Positions 9,817 through 19,076 of a DNA stretch of 64,000 nucleotides are shown in pieces; the stretch's first letter is position 1, and every line of letters begins with the position of its first letter. A program made the translations under genes and the position numbers. Origin of the DNA: a virus; IMG/VR virus record IMGVR_UViG_3300036760_000150, positions 64,001 to 128,000 of that record; one strand, given 5' to 3'. Below the pieces are notes generated by a model. It worked only from the letters and a program-made list of their open reading frames with translations. It had not been told where the DNA came from and made no database searches.

Positions 9817-11793
9817 ATGAGCAACAAGAACGATACTTCTAAATCTGACAACATGTCACCCACCGACAAGAGATTCACCTCCATAGTCATGGAGAAGACT
9901 GACGTGTCGACTATGAAGGAAGATGTCTTATCACAGATCCTGCTCACCTTGAAGAAAACTCAGGACGAGGAAGTGGTCCGAGTTGCCTTTGAGGAAGATC
10001 CTACAAACAGAAGTAAGTACGCTGGGCTGTTCAAGAATCGTGGTAGTGGAATCCCCAACGAGATGCTTAAGAGAGTCAGAGACTCTGAGGAGCTGATCGG
10101 CGGAGTCATCATACCCACTCGTGCTAGACAGATCAGCCTGTTTGGTCATCCTCGTGCCAACAGATTTGATATAGGTACCACCATCAACCTGAAGCCTCAC
10201 GTCATGTCTCAGATGGATGTTCAGAAGGCAGAGGATTTAAAGAACAAAGAGATACCGAAGATCAGAGAGATGCTGATGAACTGTGGCATCAAGAAAGGTA
10301 TCACCGATCGTGAAAGACTCACGTTATCTGAGTGTATCTACGAGATCATAGAGGATGCATTGACGTTTGGTTACCTATCTATTGAGGTGCGACGCAACAC
10401 TGTTGATGAGTTCCACAGCTTCAGGCCCATAGACTCTGGCACAATCTACCAGTTTGCTACACCTGTAGGTAGCGAGTCTGAAGTTCAACGTATCAGAGCT
10501 GAAGCCAAAGAAGCGTTTAAGACTTTGACCGGGAAACCGTCTGAGCTTAACGTTAAGATCGACAAAGATGAGATCACTTGGGTTCAGGTGATAAACGGTC
10601 AAGCGAAGCAGGTGTTCACCGACAATGAACTGTTAGTTTACAACCTGTATCCTTCAACAGACATACGTCGTAACGGCTACGCATGCTCACCTATCGAGCG
10701 CATGTTGACCGCTGTCGTAACTCACATCAACATAACAAACCACAACAAATTGTTCTTCCTGAACGGTAGAGCTGCACGCAACGTCATGGTGTTTCAGTCT
10801 GAGAACTTAGACGTTGAAGACATCAAGAACATTCGTTCGCAGATGCAAGACCATATCAACTCTGCCAACGCCTCGTGGCGTATGCCAGTGTTTGGCGTCG
10901 GTCAGAACGACAAGATCGACGTGTTGCCACTTGATGGTGCTGGTCGAGACATGGAGTTTCAGTACCTGGCTGACCTTACCAAGCGTATGATCTTCGCTGC
11001 GTACCAGATGTCGCCTGATGAAGTTTCAGCTCTGTCGTACTTGTCGCGTGGCACAGGGTCACAGTCTCTTTCAGAGTCGAACAACGAGTATAAGCTTGAG
11101 GCTGCCAGAGATCTAGGTCTTCGTCCCATCTTGATGGCTATCGAGTCGTTCTTCAACGAACGTCTACTTCCTCAGATAAGCAAAGATTGGGCAGAGAACT
11201 TCTACATCAGCTTTGAAGGTCTCGACGCTGACAGCCCAGAGAAGGAAGCCACTCGCATCCAGCAGGACTCAGCCATCCACATGTCTATGAACGACATCAT
11301 GGACAGAGTCGAGAAGAAGAAAGTTCCACTTGGCGGCAGCTTCGTGCTCAACACGGCTTACATGACAGTGCTTGAGAAGTACTTCACCAAAGGTGAGATC
11401 TTAAGGGCGTTCGGTGGAGACAAGTTCAAAGACGCAGATGACGCCAAGAAGCACCCCGAGTGGGACTACTACATGGGCGACCCAGGTTCCCAGTGGTACA
11501 CGCAGGTGAAATACGGTCAGCAGCAGCAAACTCCTCCTGGAGGATCTGGAGGTGGACCACAGGACGGTGGACAACCAGGAGATCAGTCTGGCAGCACAGA
11601 GGATATGTCATCTATAGTTGATCAGCTTGGTCAGATGTTAAGCAAGGCCGAGAAAGATCTACCTAACGCTCGTAAGGAACTCTTGTCTAAGCACAAAGAC
11701 ATAAAGAACTCTATCTTGAAAGCTTGGGAACAAGAGTCTGACGCTATGTTCAAGCAGATCATCAACGCCATAGACGGCGGCGATGGACACTGA
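9817..11793 (+). CDS. Portal protein
   Basis: 658 aa; FRPIDSGTI, GYACSPIE, FFLNG, DMEFQYL, GLRPILMAIE are typical of HK97/Herelleviridae-type portals; synteny. Confidence 0.88.
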   Translation: MSNKNDTSKSDNMSPTDKRFTSIVMEKTDVSTMKEDVLSQILLTLKKTQDEEVVRVAFEEDPTNRSKYAGLFKNRGSGIPNEMLKRVRDSEELIGGVIIPTRARQISLFGHPRANRFDIGTTINLKPHVMSQMDVQKAEDLKNKEIPKIREMLMNCGIKKGITDRERLTLSECIYEIIEDALTFGYLSIEVRRNTVDEFHSFRPIDSGTIYQFATPVGSESEVQRIRAEAKEAFKTLTGKPSELNVKIDKDEITWVQVINGQAKQVFTDNELLVYNLYPSTDIRRNGYACSPIERMLTAVVTHINITNHNKLFFLNGRAARNVMVFQSENLDVEDIKNIRSQMQDHINSANASWRMPVFGVGQNDKIDVLPLDGAGRDMEFQYLADLTKRMIFAAYQMSPDEVSALSYLSRGTGSQSLSESNNEYKLEAARDLGLRPILMAIESFFNERLLPQISKDWAENFYISFEGLDADSPEKEATRIQQDSAIHMSMNDIMDRVEKKKVPLGGSFVLNTAYMTVLEKYFTKGEILRAFGGDKFKDADDAKKHPEWDYYMGDPGSQWYTQVKYGQQQQTPPGGSGGGPQDGGQPGDQSGSTEDMSSIVDQLGQMLSKAEKDLPNARKELLSKHKDIKNSILKAWEQESDAMFKQIINAIDGGDGH

Positions 11794-11798
11794 CGCTT

Positions 11799-12611
11799 AT
11801 GCTGAACAAGAGTACTCGAAAACTTCTCGCTGACATCATCGCAAAGTCGTTCGACAAGTTCAAGGGGTCATTCGTAGGCCCATCTGCATCTTCTACCGGC
11901 TACCTATTTGCGCTAAGTGCTCACCCTACAAACAAGCGTGTGTCAGATGCATACGTGCACGCAAACGCGTCCTCTTCTCTTAGAGATACGATCGACAGGT
12001 CTACGATAGAGCGGATCGAAGCCACTGCAGCCAACTACGTCGATGCCTTGAAGCAGAAGGCCGTGTCAGACATACTGCGAACTGTTGAGGAGAACCTGGC
12101 AGAGGCTAAGAATAAAGGCATGCTTAAGGGTGTGTCTCCTCAGATGTTCTTGAGGTCTGAGGATGGTCGAGAGATCATGGACAAGATCAGAGACCAGTTG
12201 ATGGACCAGAAGAAGAAGATAGATCGAGGCATCGAGCTGATCGCAAACGTGGAGCTTCATAACGCACAGAACCATGGGGTAGCTGACGCCATCTTGGGTA
12301 TGGCCAAGTCCATCGGTGATGCTGACCCTACTGTGGCGAAGTTCGGTGTTGTCGACGACAAACTATGCAAGGACTGCAAGAGGCTGTGGCACACAGAAGA
12401 GAACATCAAAGTTCCTAAGGTCTACAAGATGAGCGAGTTGGCTGGCGACTCTGGCGATTGGAAGAGTAGAGTGGCATCAGTGTCGAGCACCCACCCTGCA
12501 TGTCGCCACGTTCTTACGTACATCTCAAAGGGCTTTGGGTTTGACAAAGCTGGCCGTCTTCGCTATGTCGGCAAAGACCATGACGAACACAAATCTCAAG
12601 GTGGAGCCTAA
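11799..12611 (+). CDS. Head morphogenesis protein (Mu gpF/SPP1 gp7-like)
   Basis: After portal; DDKLCKDC...HPACRH motif. Confidence 0.72.
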   Translation: MLNKSTRKLLADIIAKSFDKFKGSFVGPSASSTGYLFALSAHPTNKRVSDAYVHANASSSLRDTIDRSTIERIEATAANYVDALKQKAVSDILRTVEENLAEAKNKGMLKGVSPQMFLRSEDGREIMDKIRDQLMDQKKKIDRGIELIANVELHNAQNHGVADAILGMAKSIGDADPTVAKFGVVDDKLCKDCKRLWHTEENIKVPKVYKMSELAGDSGDWKSRVASVSSTHPACRHVLTYISKGFGFDKAGRLRYVGKDHDEHKSQGGA

Positions 12612-12612
12612 A

Positions 12613-12729
12613 CTACCTGACAAGGTAGGCGAGTAAGGCGAACAAGATGCAGACATCTATGGCTCCAGCTATGTACCATGTGGCTTTGTAACTTCTTAAC
12701 TTCATTATAAAATATCTAAATCTGTTCAT
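12613..12729 (-). CDS. 38-aa antisense single-TM peptide
   Basis: SD GGAAGGA then MNRFRYFIMKLRSYKATWYIAGAIDVCILFALLAYLVR*; fills the intergenic gap; candidate promoter TTGTGT-N17-TATCAT at 12818-12790. Confidence 0.55.
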   Translation of the reverse strand: MNRFRYFIMKLRSYKATWYIAGAIDVCILFALLAYLVR

Positions 12730-12864
12730 ATTTCCTTCCATGTTCAGTATCTTTGAACATCGATTTATCGCTGATCATCGATAGTTGATATGATACAAAA
12801 CTATCACATGTGACACAAGAGTTTTGTGACATCATTTGTGTAATCATACTGAAAAGATAAGATA

Positions 12865-12896
12865 TTACAATAACTTATATCAGAACCTTAATCTTA
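12865..12896 (+). promoter_or_regulatory. Putative late promoter
   Basis: ttacaataacTTA-tatcagaac-CTTAATCTTA. Confidence 0.72.
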
Positions 12897-12902
12897 ATGT
12901 AT

Positions 12903-13841
12903 ATGGCAGCCTTAAAGAAGAACTTGATAGTTGAGGGAGTACTCACAGCCCAAGTACCTGACACGGCTGGTGAAGTCCTTGACATATCTGGCGCCGACAT
13001 AAGCGACCTTAAGACTGGTCGTAGCCCCGTCAACACTGAACATATCAACCCGGACGACATCAAGAAAGACAGTGACGACAACGGGTTCCAGTCTATCGTG
13101 GGCCGCGTGATTGACGCAAAAAAGATCTTCAGCGAAGAAGACTGTGACAGCCCTGATGAACTTAGGGCTTACAAGAACCTCAAAGTGCCTTTAATCTGGG
13201 GTAAGATCGAGATATTCGACAACGACAAGTCGCACGACAACGCTCGTGCTGCAGCCTCGATCATCAGGAACTACGCCGATGCAGGTGTCAAGCAGTTGCT
13301 TGGGTACTCTGTCGAAGGCAACACATTGAGAAGAGACGGAAATTTACTTAAAGAAACGGTGATCAAGAGGATCGCCTTGACAGCCAAGCCTGCTAACAAG
13401 GCAGCTGTCGTTCAGGTTGTGAAGGACCAGCCGCAATCTACCTCTGCTTCTATTACAAAGTCAACGAGTAGCATTGGCGGCTATGAGCCCCTCTTTAAAT
13501 CTGAGAACTTCATGAGCCACATGCGCGTGGTCAAGGATGACTACGGTCTGTCAGGCGCCATCTTCAAGTTGAAGAAAGCTCTGACGGCAGGTGGTTCAAA
13601 CGTACCCCCAGGCAACCTCACGAACGGGTCGGCGTTGCAGCCAGAGTCCCAGCTAGGAAAGCTAAAGAAACTGATCGGACGACAGAAGATCAGTAGGGAC
13701 CTTCTAAGACGCCATCTACCTAAGATCTCTGAGGAAGACCTGGACAAGGTCGAAGCTGTCCTGAAGGCAGAGCGTGAGGCTGTAGACCTCAAATCTGCGC
13801 AGGATACCTACGACCAGATAACTAAAGGTTTTAAACAATAA
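12903..13841 (+). CDS. Prohead (maturation) serine protease
   Basis: DTAGEVL, NTEH (His) and GYSVEG (Ser) motifs of HK97/Herelleviridae-type proteases; between portal and scaffold; start probably ATG 12903 (track gives 12897). Confidence 0.85.
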   Translation: MAALKKNLIVEGVLTAQVPDTAGEVLDISGADISDLKTGRSPVNTEHINPDDIKKDSDDNGFQSIVGRVIDAKKIFSEEDCDSPDELRAYKNLKVPLIWGKIEIFDNDKSHDNARAAASIIRNYADAGVKQLLGYSVEGNTLRRDGNLLKETVIKRIALTAKPANKAAVVQVVKDQPQSTSASITKSTSSIGGYEPLFKSENFMSHMRVVKDDYGLSGAIFKLKKALTAGGSNVPPGNLTNGSALQPESQLGKLKKLIGRQKISRDLLRRHLPKISEEDLDKVEAVLKAEREAVDLKSAQDTYDQITKGFKQ

Positions 13842-13861
13842 ATGATAATGTTTCTGCCTAT

Positions 13862-13883
13862 TTAACAAGATAACTTAACATTA
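13862..13883 (+). promoter_or_regulatory. Late promoter variant for the capsid operon
   Basis: TTA-acaagataa-CTTAACATTA, same 9-nt spacing with two mismatches. Confidence 0.55.
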
Positions 13884-13958
13884 TGTCTTGTACACACGGC
13901 GGATGGCATGTTTCATCGTGCCCGTTCCCCCGCAAGACAAAACGATAAGGAGATGTAG

Positions 13959-14414
13959 ATGTCAGCACAAATCGCTAAATCCAGCACACTGATGCTTAAG
14001 TTGAAGGAAGAGCTTCGTCAGAAGCTGCCCTCATTCGTGCAAACAGACAACGTGGACAGCAACGGCTACCCCACCTTGCTCTTGAGCGCAGACTCCACAC
14101 CCGCTGCTGGTGAACAGAACATGTTCATCCGCATCACCACGATGTCTAGCCCCTTTGTCGACTCCATCGGACAGTCACAGTCGGTCTACGGCCCTCATGT
14201 GATCCAGTCTGTTGAAGAAGCCAGTACAATCTCTGGAGTCTCACTTTTGACTCTTGCCAACCGGTCGAAGATCGATTGGTGTATCACCCGCGCTGGATGC
14301 CAAGAAGAGAAGTACCTCAGAGCCAATGGGGCAGCCCCCGGCCTCTCTGATATCACTTCTGGTAACCTTGTGTCTAAAGTTGCGGACGCGTACTTCGCGC
14401 TCTCTCACCAGTAA
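13959..14414 (+). CDS. Putative virion or head protein
   Basis: Strong SD TAAGGAG; 151 aa; in the capsid operon; N-terminal IAK|SS. Confidence 0.6.
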   Translation: MSAQIAKSSTLMLKLKEELRQKLPSFVQTDNVDSNGYPTLLLSADSTPAAGEQNMFIRITTMSSPFVDSIGQSQSVYGPHVIQSVEEASTISGVSLLTLANRSKIDWCITRAGCQEEKYLRANGAAPGLSDITSGNLVSKVADAYFALSHQ

Positions 14415-14461
14415 GCAACTGGAGAAAAAAACGGTTACTTGTTGGAAAGAGAGGAGATGTT

Positions 14462-15415
14462 ATGGACCAAGACCTTAGTAAGTTAGTAGCAGAAGCGACA
14501 GAAGCACTCGACAGTCTTATCAAGTCTGAGAGAGAACGCTTCGACATCCTCCTGAAATCAGAAACGTCTGATAAGAAAGATGGCACCAAGCCGCTAGCTA
14601 AGAAAGAAGAGTCGTCCAAGGAGGAGTCTTCAAAATCCAAAGAAGAGTCATCCATGGCGAAGAAAGAGGAGTCTTCTAAGAAGGAAGAGTCTTCAAGATC
14701 CAAAGAAGAGTCTATGAAGAAAGATGACCCAGAAGGTTCGGGCTTTCAAAGCCCTGCCCCTGAGGCATCTTCAAAGCCTGAAGAGTCTAGCTCGCCTGAA
14801 GGGTCAAAGACCCCTGAGGCCTCTAGTTCTCCCGAAGCGTCTGGTGATGCTGGCGTCGATCATATCTCAGAGATGCTCTCTGGACTTGACGACGAGCAGT
14901 TGCAACACCTCTACATGTCGTTGAAGTCTGAGCTGATGTCTCGCATGAAGCCTGAAGATCAACCAGCTAAGCCCGACATGTCAAGTGCTCCGGCCCCTTC
15001 ACCTGCCGCACCATCGCCGTCGCCTGAACAACCAGGAATGGAGAAGATGTACATGGCAGAGAAGAAAGAAGTCGAGGAGAAGTTGTCGAAGTCTGAGGGT
15101 ACCCTTAAGAAAGCACAAGAAGAGAACGGTGCTCTTAAGAAGGCTCTTGAGAACGCGACTGACATGCTCGACAAGATCCTCAGCCGTCCCGTCAAGAAAG
15201 CCATCACCGACATCCGATTCGTGGAGAAGGGTGAGGAGCTTGCCAAGACAGACGACAAGATCAGCGACTCTGATCTGAAGAAGAAAGCCAACACCGTGTC
15301 TAAAGACATGGGTAAACTCAGCCAGTTATCTAAATCTGAACGTGAAACCCTTGTTGACTTCACCACCGGACGCTCAAAGGCTCGTGAAGAAGTTATCAAG
15401 ATCGTTAACAAGTAA
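14462..15415 (+). CDS. Scaffold protein
   Basis: Charged, low-complexity, coiled-coil; many LxKS/KA sites; immediately upstream of MCP. Confidence 0.78.
   Translation: MDQDLSKLVAEATEALDSLIKSERERFDILLKSETSDKKDGTKPLAKKEESSKEESSKSKEESSMAKKEESSKKEESSRSKEESMKKDDPEGSGFQSPAPEASSKPEESSSPEGSKTPEASSSPEASGDAGVDHISEMLSGLDDEQLQHLYMSLKSELMSRMKPEDQPAKPDMSSAPAPSPAAPSPSPEQPGMEKMYMAEKKEVEEKLSKSEGTLKKAQEENGALKKALENATDMLDKILSRPVKKAITDIRFVEKGEELAKTDDKISDSDLKKKANTVSKDMGKLSQLSKSERETLVDFTTGRSKAREEVIKIVNK
14600..14722 (+). repeat. Coding tandem repeats (K)KEESS in the scaffold
   Basis: KKEESSKEESSKSKEESSMAKKEESSKKEESSRSKEESMKK. Confidence 0.85.
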
Positions 15416-15426
15416 AGGAGTGCAAA

Positions 15427-16830
15427 GTGCAAGAAGTCATTCAGAAAATCGAAGAACTTAGGAAGGCGCTGGAAGCGGGTGGGATGAACGCCGCTCCCGG
15501 AACACTGACTCAAGGGTCTGCGCTCCAACACGAAGACCTCAGTGCAGTGATGAACGTCACCACATTTGAAGACAAACACATCAAGCTGCAGAAGAAGTTC
15601 AAAGTCGTCCCCGCCAAAGGGACGATGGTCCAGTACAATCGTCAGCTTGACCGTGGTATCTTCGGCGGATCTGCCGTCATCGAGGGTGCTGTCGGAGACG
15701 AGAGCACATCGACGTATGTGCGTGAGATCGTCAACATGTGCTACTACGCTGAAGTGCGTAGGACCACAGAGCAAGCCAACCTCATCGAGTCTTTCGACGG
15801 TGTCAAAGCCGATGACAGGGTCGAGCAGGATGCAGCTCTCAAGATCGCTGGCGACGTCGAGTTCGACCTCTTCCGAGGTAAGTCGATGTTCTCCAACGGT
15901 GGGGTGTTCGACGGCCAAGGTTCTGCTATCCCTCAGAACATGCCTAACATCCTCGGTCTCGACCCTCTCATCAGACGGTCAGACATCCTTCAAACTACAC
16001 AAGACCTCATGTTCAACGAGTATGGATCTGACGGATCTATCCAGTTCAACCAAGCTGGTGTCCTGTCTCAGTCCACTATCGAAGACATGTACGCTCGCTC
16101 CAGCATGAACCTCGGTATGGCTGACTGGCTCGGACTTGATCCTTTGACCCACAGCGGGTACAACAAGATCAGTCACGCCAAAGAGCGTATCGTCCTCGCT
16201 GGATCGCCTCAACAAGCTACTGGTGCAAGCCTGAAGGAGCAGTGGGTCGCTGGTGGTGCTATCACCGTCGAGTCCAGTCGCTTTCTCTCAGCCAAGACCA
16301 GCCCTGCTCGTCCTAAGATCGGATCTCCTGCAGCCCCAACACATGCTGCCGCTGACGGGTCTCCATCGGGCACATCGTTCATCGCTGCTCAAGTCTACTA
16401 CTACCGTGTTACCTCTGTCAACGAACGTGGTGAAAGCTCTGCTTCAGCCGCTGCCTCGTTCACGGTTGCGACCTCTGGTAACAGTACCGCGCTCACGATC
16501 ACCCCTGCTGGCGGTGTCCAAGCACTGTACTTCAACGTCTACCGCTCGAATGCTGGTGAACCTGCATCGAAGGTTCGCTTCATCGGTCGCGTCGCTAACA
16601 GCGGTGCTGCTACCACGATCTTTACCGACCTCAACAACAGACTTCCAAACGGCGTCACGGGCTTCCTGCTCGATATGCGCGGTATGGAGATGCCTGAGTT
16701 GGCCAGCTACCGATCGAAAGAGCTTGCTAGAACAGACTTAAGCAATCCCAAAGTATTTTATCGCTTCACAACCCTTGCGGTAAAATTACCAAGGTTCAAC
16801 TGCCTTGTTGATAACTTGCTCCCAAGCTAA
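15427..16830 (+). CDS. Major capsid protein (Herelleviridae-like, with FN3-like insertion)
   Basis: N-terminal LRK|ALEAGG...GSALQHEDL; YYYRVTSVNERGES insertion; strong SD; followed by a terminator. Confidence 0.9.
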   Translation: MQEVIQKIEELRKALEAGGMNAAPGTLTQGSALQHEDLSAVMNVTTFEDKHIKLQKKFKVVPAKGTMVQYNRQLDRGIFGGSAVIEGAVGDESTSTYVREIVNMCYYAEVRRTTEQANLIESFDGVKADDRVEQDAALKIAGDVEFDLFRGKSMFSNGGVFDGQGSAIPQNMPNILGLDPLIRRSDILQTTQDLMFNEYGSDGSIQFNQAGVLSQSTIEDMYARSSMNLGMADWLGLDPLTHSGYNKISHAKERIVLAGSPQQATGASLKEQWVAGGAITVESSRFLSAKTSPARPKIGSPAAPTHAAADGSPSGTSFIAAQVYYYRVTSVNERGESSASAAASFTVATSGNSTALTITPAGGVQALYFNVYRSNAGEPASKVRFIGRVANSGAATTIFTDLNNRLPNGVTGFLLDMRGMEMPELASYRSKELARTDLSNPKVFYRFTTLAVKLPRFNCLVDNLLPS

Positions 16831-16855
16831 TTAAGCGTATAATCTAATAGATATC

Positions 16856-16887
16856 AAGACCCTGGCTAAACACCAGGGTCTTTTTTT
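16856..16887 (+). terminator. Rho-independent terminator after MCP
   Basis: AAGACCCTGG-ctaaaca-CCAGGGTCTT then a T run. Confidence 0.88.
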
Positions 16888-16908
16888 GTTTAAAATTTGA
16901 CTTCAGAC

Positions 16909-17020
16909 TTGCCTTTTAAGATCAGGTTGTGCTAGTATATTTAATAAGGGGTTATCACCCCTCAAGGCCCCAATGCCAAGGCTCCTTTCTCAGATCTGCC
17001 GAAGTGTTGGGGCCTTTTGT
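16909..17020 (+). promoter_or_regulatory. Sigma70-type promoter with structured, attenuator-like leader
   Basis: TTGCCT-N18-TAGTAT with TGn; hairpin AGGGG/CCCCT; long stem AAGGCCCCAA (16964)/TTGGGGCCTT (17016) followed by TTGTTT. Confidence 0.5.
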
Positions 17021-17040
17021 TTCTATAAGGAGTTTTACGT

Positions 17041-17229
17041 ATGGAAACACCGAATGATCTTCTCTCTTACGCCTTAATGTATGCCAGCAGAGGGTGGCCA
17101 GTGTTCCCTTTGCACTCATGGACAGGGCAACGATGTTCATGTGGGAGAGAGGACTGTCATAGTCCCGCCAAACATCCAAGAACACATGATGGCTTTAAGT
17201 CTGCCACCAAGGCACTCTCTTCGCCTTGA
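17041..17229 (+). pseudogene. Truncated bifunctional primase-polymerase (Prim-Pol) N-terminus
   Basis: Strong SD; YASRGWPVFPLH...CSCGREDCHSPAKHPRTHDGFKSAT then stop at 62 aa. Confidence 0.8.
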
Positions 17230-17466
17230 CCTGAATCTGCCTTAAGTACGTTTTTTTATCATCTGTTCTCGGCTGACCTCGACGAGCGCCATGTCACCTT
17301 GTAGAATAGGAAAAAGGAATGGCAAGGAGAGAAATGACGTTAGTGACGCATGTGACAGCTGCTCAGGGTTGTTACCCAATAGGCATGAAAGGGTAAGAAG
17401 TGAAGGGAGAAGGTATTTCTACTGTCATGCGCGTCATCTCACACACTGCCAATGACTTAGATCCCA

Positions 17467-18238
17467 GTGTTAACGAAGAATCCAATCACTGTGTTGTGTG
17501 AAAAAGGTCACAGACGAGATGTAGAGAAAGCAGTGAATATTTTTCTTGGTAAGTCCTGTCCATCATGTGCTAATGTTGGTACATCCAAGCCCGAAGAAGA
17601 TCTAAGAGGATGGTTGACTGCTTTAGGTGTTAAAACAGAAAAATTCTCGTTAAAAGATGAGAGTAATGCACATGTACGAGGAAGAAGGTCTCAGATAGAT
17701 ATTTATATTCCAGATCATAATCTTGGAATCGAATACTGCGGTCTCTATTGGCATAACGAAGATTCGCCCCATCCAAGGTGCTAGCTCACTGCATAAGATA
17801 GCTTTCGGGTTATATCACAAAGATCTTCTTATCGGAGTAATCACTGGCGGCAGGCACAGTAGAGTCAACTCGGGCGAGTTACTTGTCCTTGATAGGTTAT
17901 GTTTTGCCTACGACTATTCTGTTGTCGGCGGCTCATCTAAACTGTTCTCATATCTGTTAGAATGGGCTAAAAATAATAATTACAAGCAAATCGTCAGTTA
18001 CTCAGACAGTCGATGGTCGGAAGGCAACGTATACGACAAGCTGGGCTTTATGTGTACTAAGATTTATAAATCGGATTACAGTTATGTCAAAGGACAACAA
18101 CGATATCCTAAACAGCAACTCAAATTAACACAAGATGAGCGACAACTTGGAATCCCAGAAAATGAATTACGTAAAACTCAAGGATACCGTCGCATCTGGG
18201 ATTGCGGCAAGAAACGATGGGTTTACTATATCAATTAA
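17467..18238 (+). pseudogene. Internally deleted Hef-like homing endonuclease with GNAT-like C-terminus
   Basis: Frame 1 CPSC...IDIYIPDHNLGIEYCGLYWHNE; frame 2 IQG...LDRLCF...VGGSSKLF...SYSDSRWSEGNVY...RIWDCGKKRW; the usual middle segment is missing; AT-rich. Confidence 0.75.
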
Positions 18239-18630
18239 TCTTCCCTTACCAGTGTCTCAAAACCTCTAGAGATGTACCTGGCCTCCTCATTTTTCATGAC
18301 GGCTTCACATAGTATGATGCCGTTTGCTAACCCATGGTGGTAGTTGTCACATTGCGCGTTACCTACTTGGTTGTCACGCAGGCTACCTAAATCACTGATT
18401 CTATCTAGCAGTACCATCAGGTTGTATGCCAAATCCTTCGCATCTTCGTAAAGATCTGATCCTGGACCGCAAGGCCCTTCTTTAGTCTGCTCCAACTTGT
18501 TGACGACACATTCTAAGTGTCGACGCATGTCATCTGTTGTCATGGGGCCTCTATTGGTGGTAAATGGTTCAGGCCGTCGGCCTAACTGGCGGTTGTCCTG
18601 AGCCTCATTTGTGATTTTTGATCTGTACAC
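18235..18630 (-). CDS. Hypothetical protein
   Basis: 131-aa ORF in a tightly packed minus-strand cluster. Confidence 0.6.
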   Translation of the reverse strand: MYRSKITNEAQDNRQLGRRPEPFTTNRGPMTTDDMRRHLECVVNKLEQTKEGPCGPGSDLYEDAKDLAYNLMVLLDRISDLGSLRDNQVGNAQCDNYHHGLANGIILCEAVMKNEEARYISRGFETLVRED

Positions 18631-18632
18631 GT

Positions 18633-19076
18633 CTATCTCCTTAGCTGAAGACCCTTGGTCTTCGTGAAACGTGCCATGTCTGAGAGGATACTATGATCGA
18701 CCGGCAGCCGCAAGCACGTCGCCATGGTTATCGCAGCTGCGTTGGCATGGATCTCTTGCATCTTGTTTGTCACTGTCCCCTCAGGCATCCAGTAGAGCAT
18801 TATGGCATGACCTATCTCGTGGAGTATGACGAGCTGTTGTGCCGACTTGTTGTACGGCATCTCGTCTCTCAACCATATAACTCCGTTGCCGAAGTAGATC
18901 GCTATGTTGTTTTTCGGGTACCTTGCCGTTATACCAACGGACTCTGGGGTAGGACCAACCTTGATGTCAAGGCCAAGCTCCATAGATAATGTGTGTACTG
19001 CAGGTGAGATCTTGGTTTTGTACAGCTTACCTAGAGAACTTCTTGATGTACTCCGCTGCGTCTTCGTGCGGCTCAT
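18633..19076 (-). CDS. Zincin-like metallopeptidase (IrrE/ImmA-like)
   Basis: VILHEIGH plus downstream EIHANAAA; start probably ATG 19076. Confidence 0.65.
   Translation of the reverse strand: MSRTKTQRSTSRSSLGKLYKTKISPAVHTLSMELGLDIKVGPTPESVGITARYPKNNIAIYFGNGVIWLRDEMPYNKSAQQLVILHEIGHAIMLYWMPEGTVTNKMQEIHANAAAITMATCLRLPVDHSILSDMARFTKTKGLQLRR

Noticed and set aside
14959-15918. 319-aa minus-strand ORF and similar long antisense ORFs (5030-5659, 8265-8732, 23746-24147)
   Set aside because: Shadows of strongly biased plus-strand genes, with no motifs or SD.
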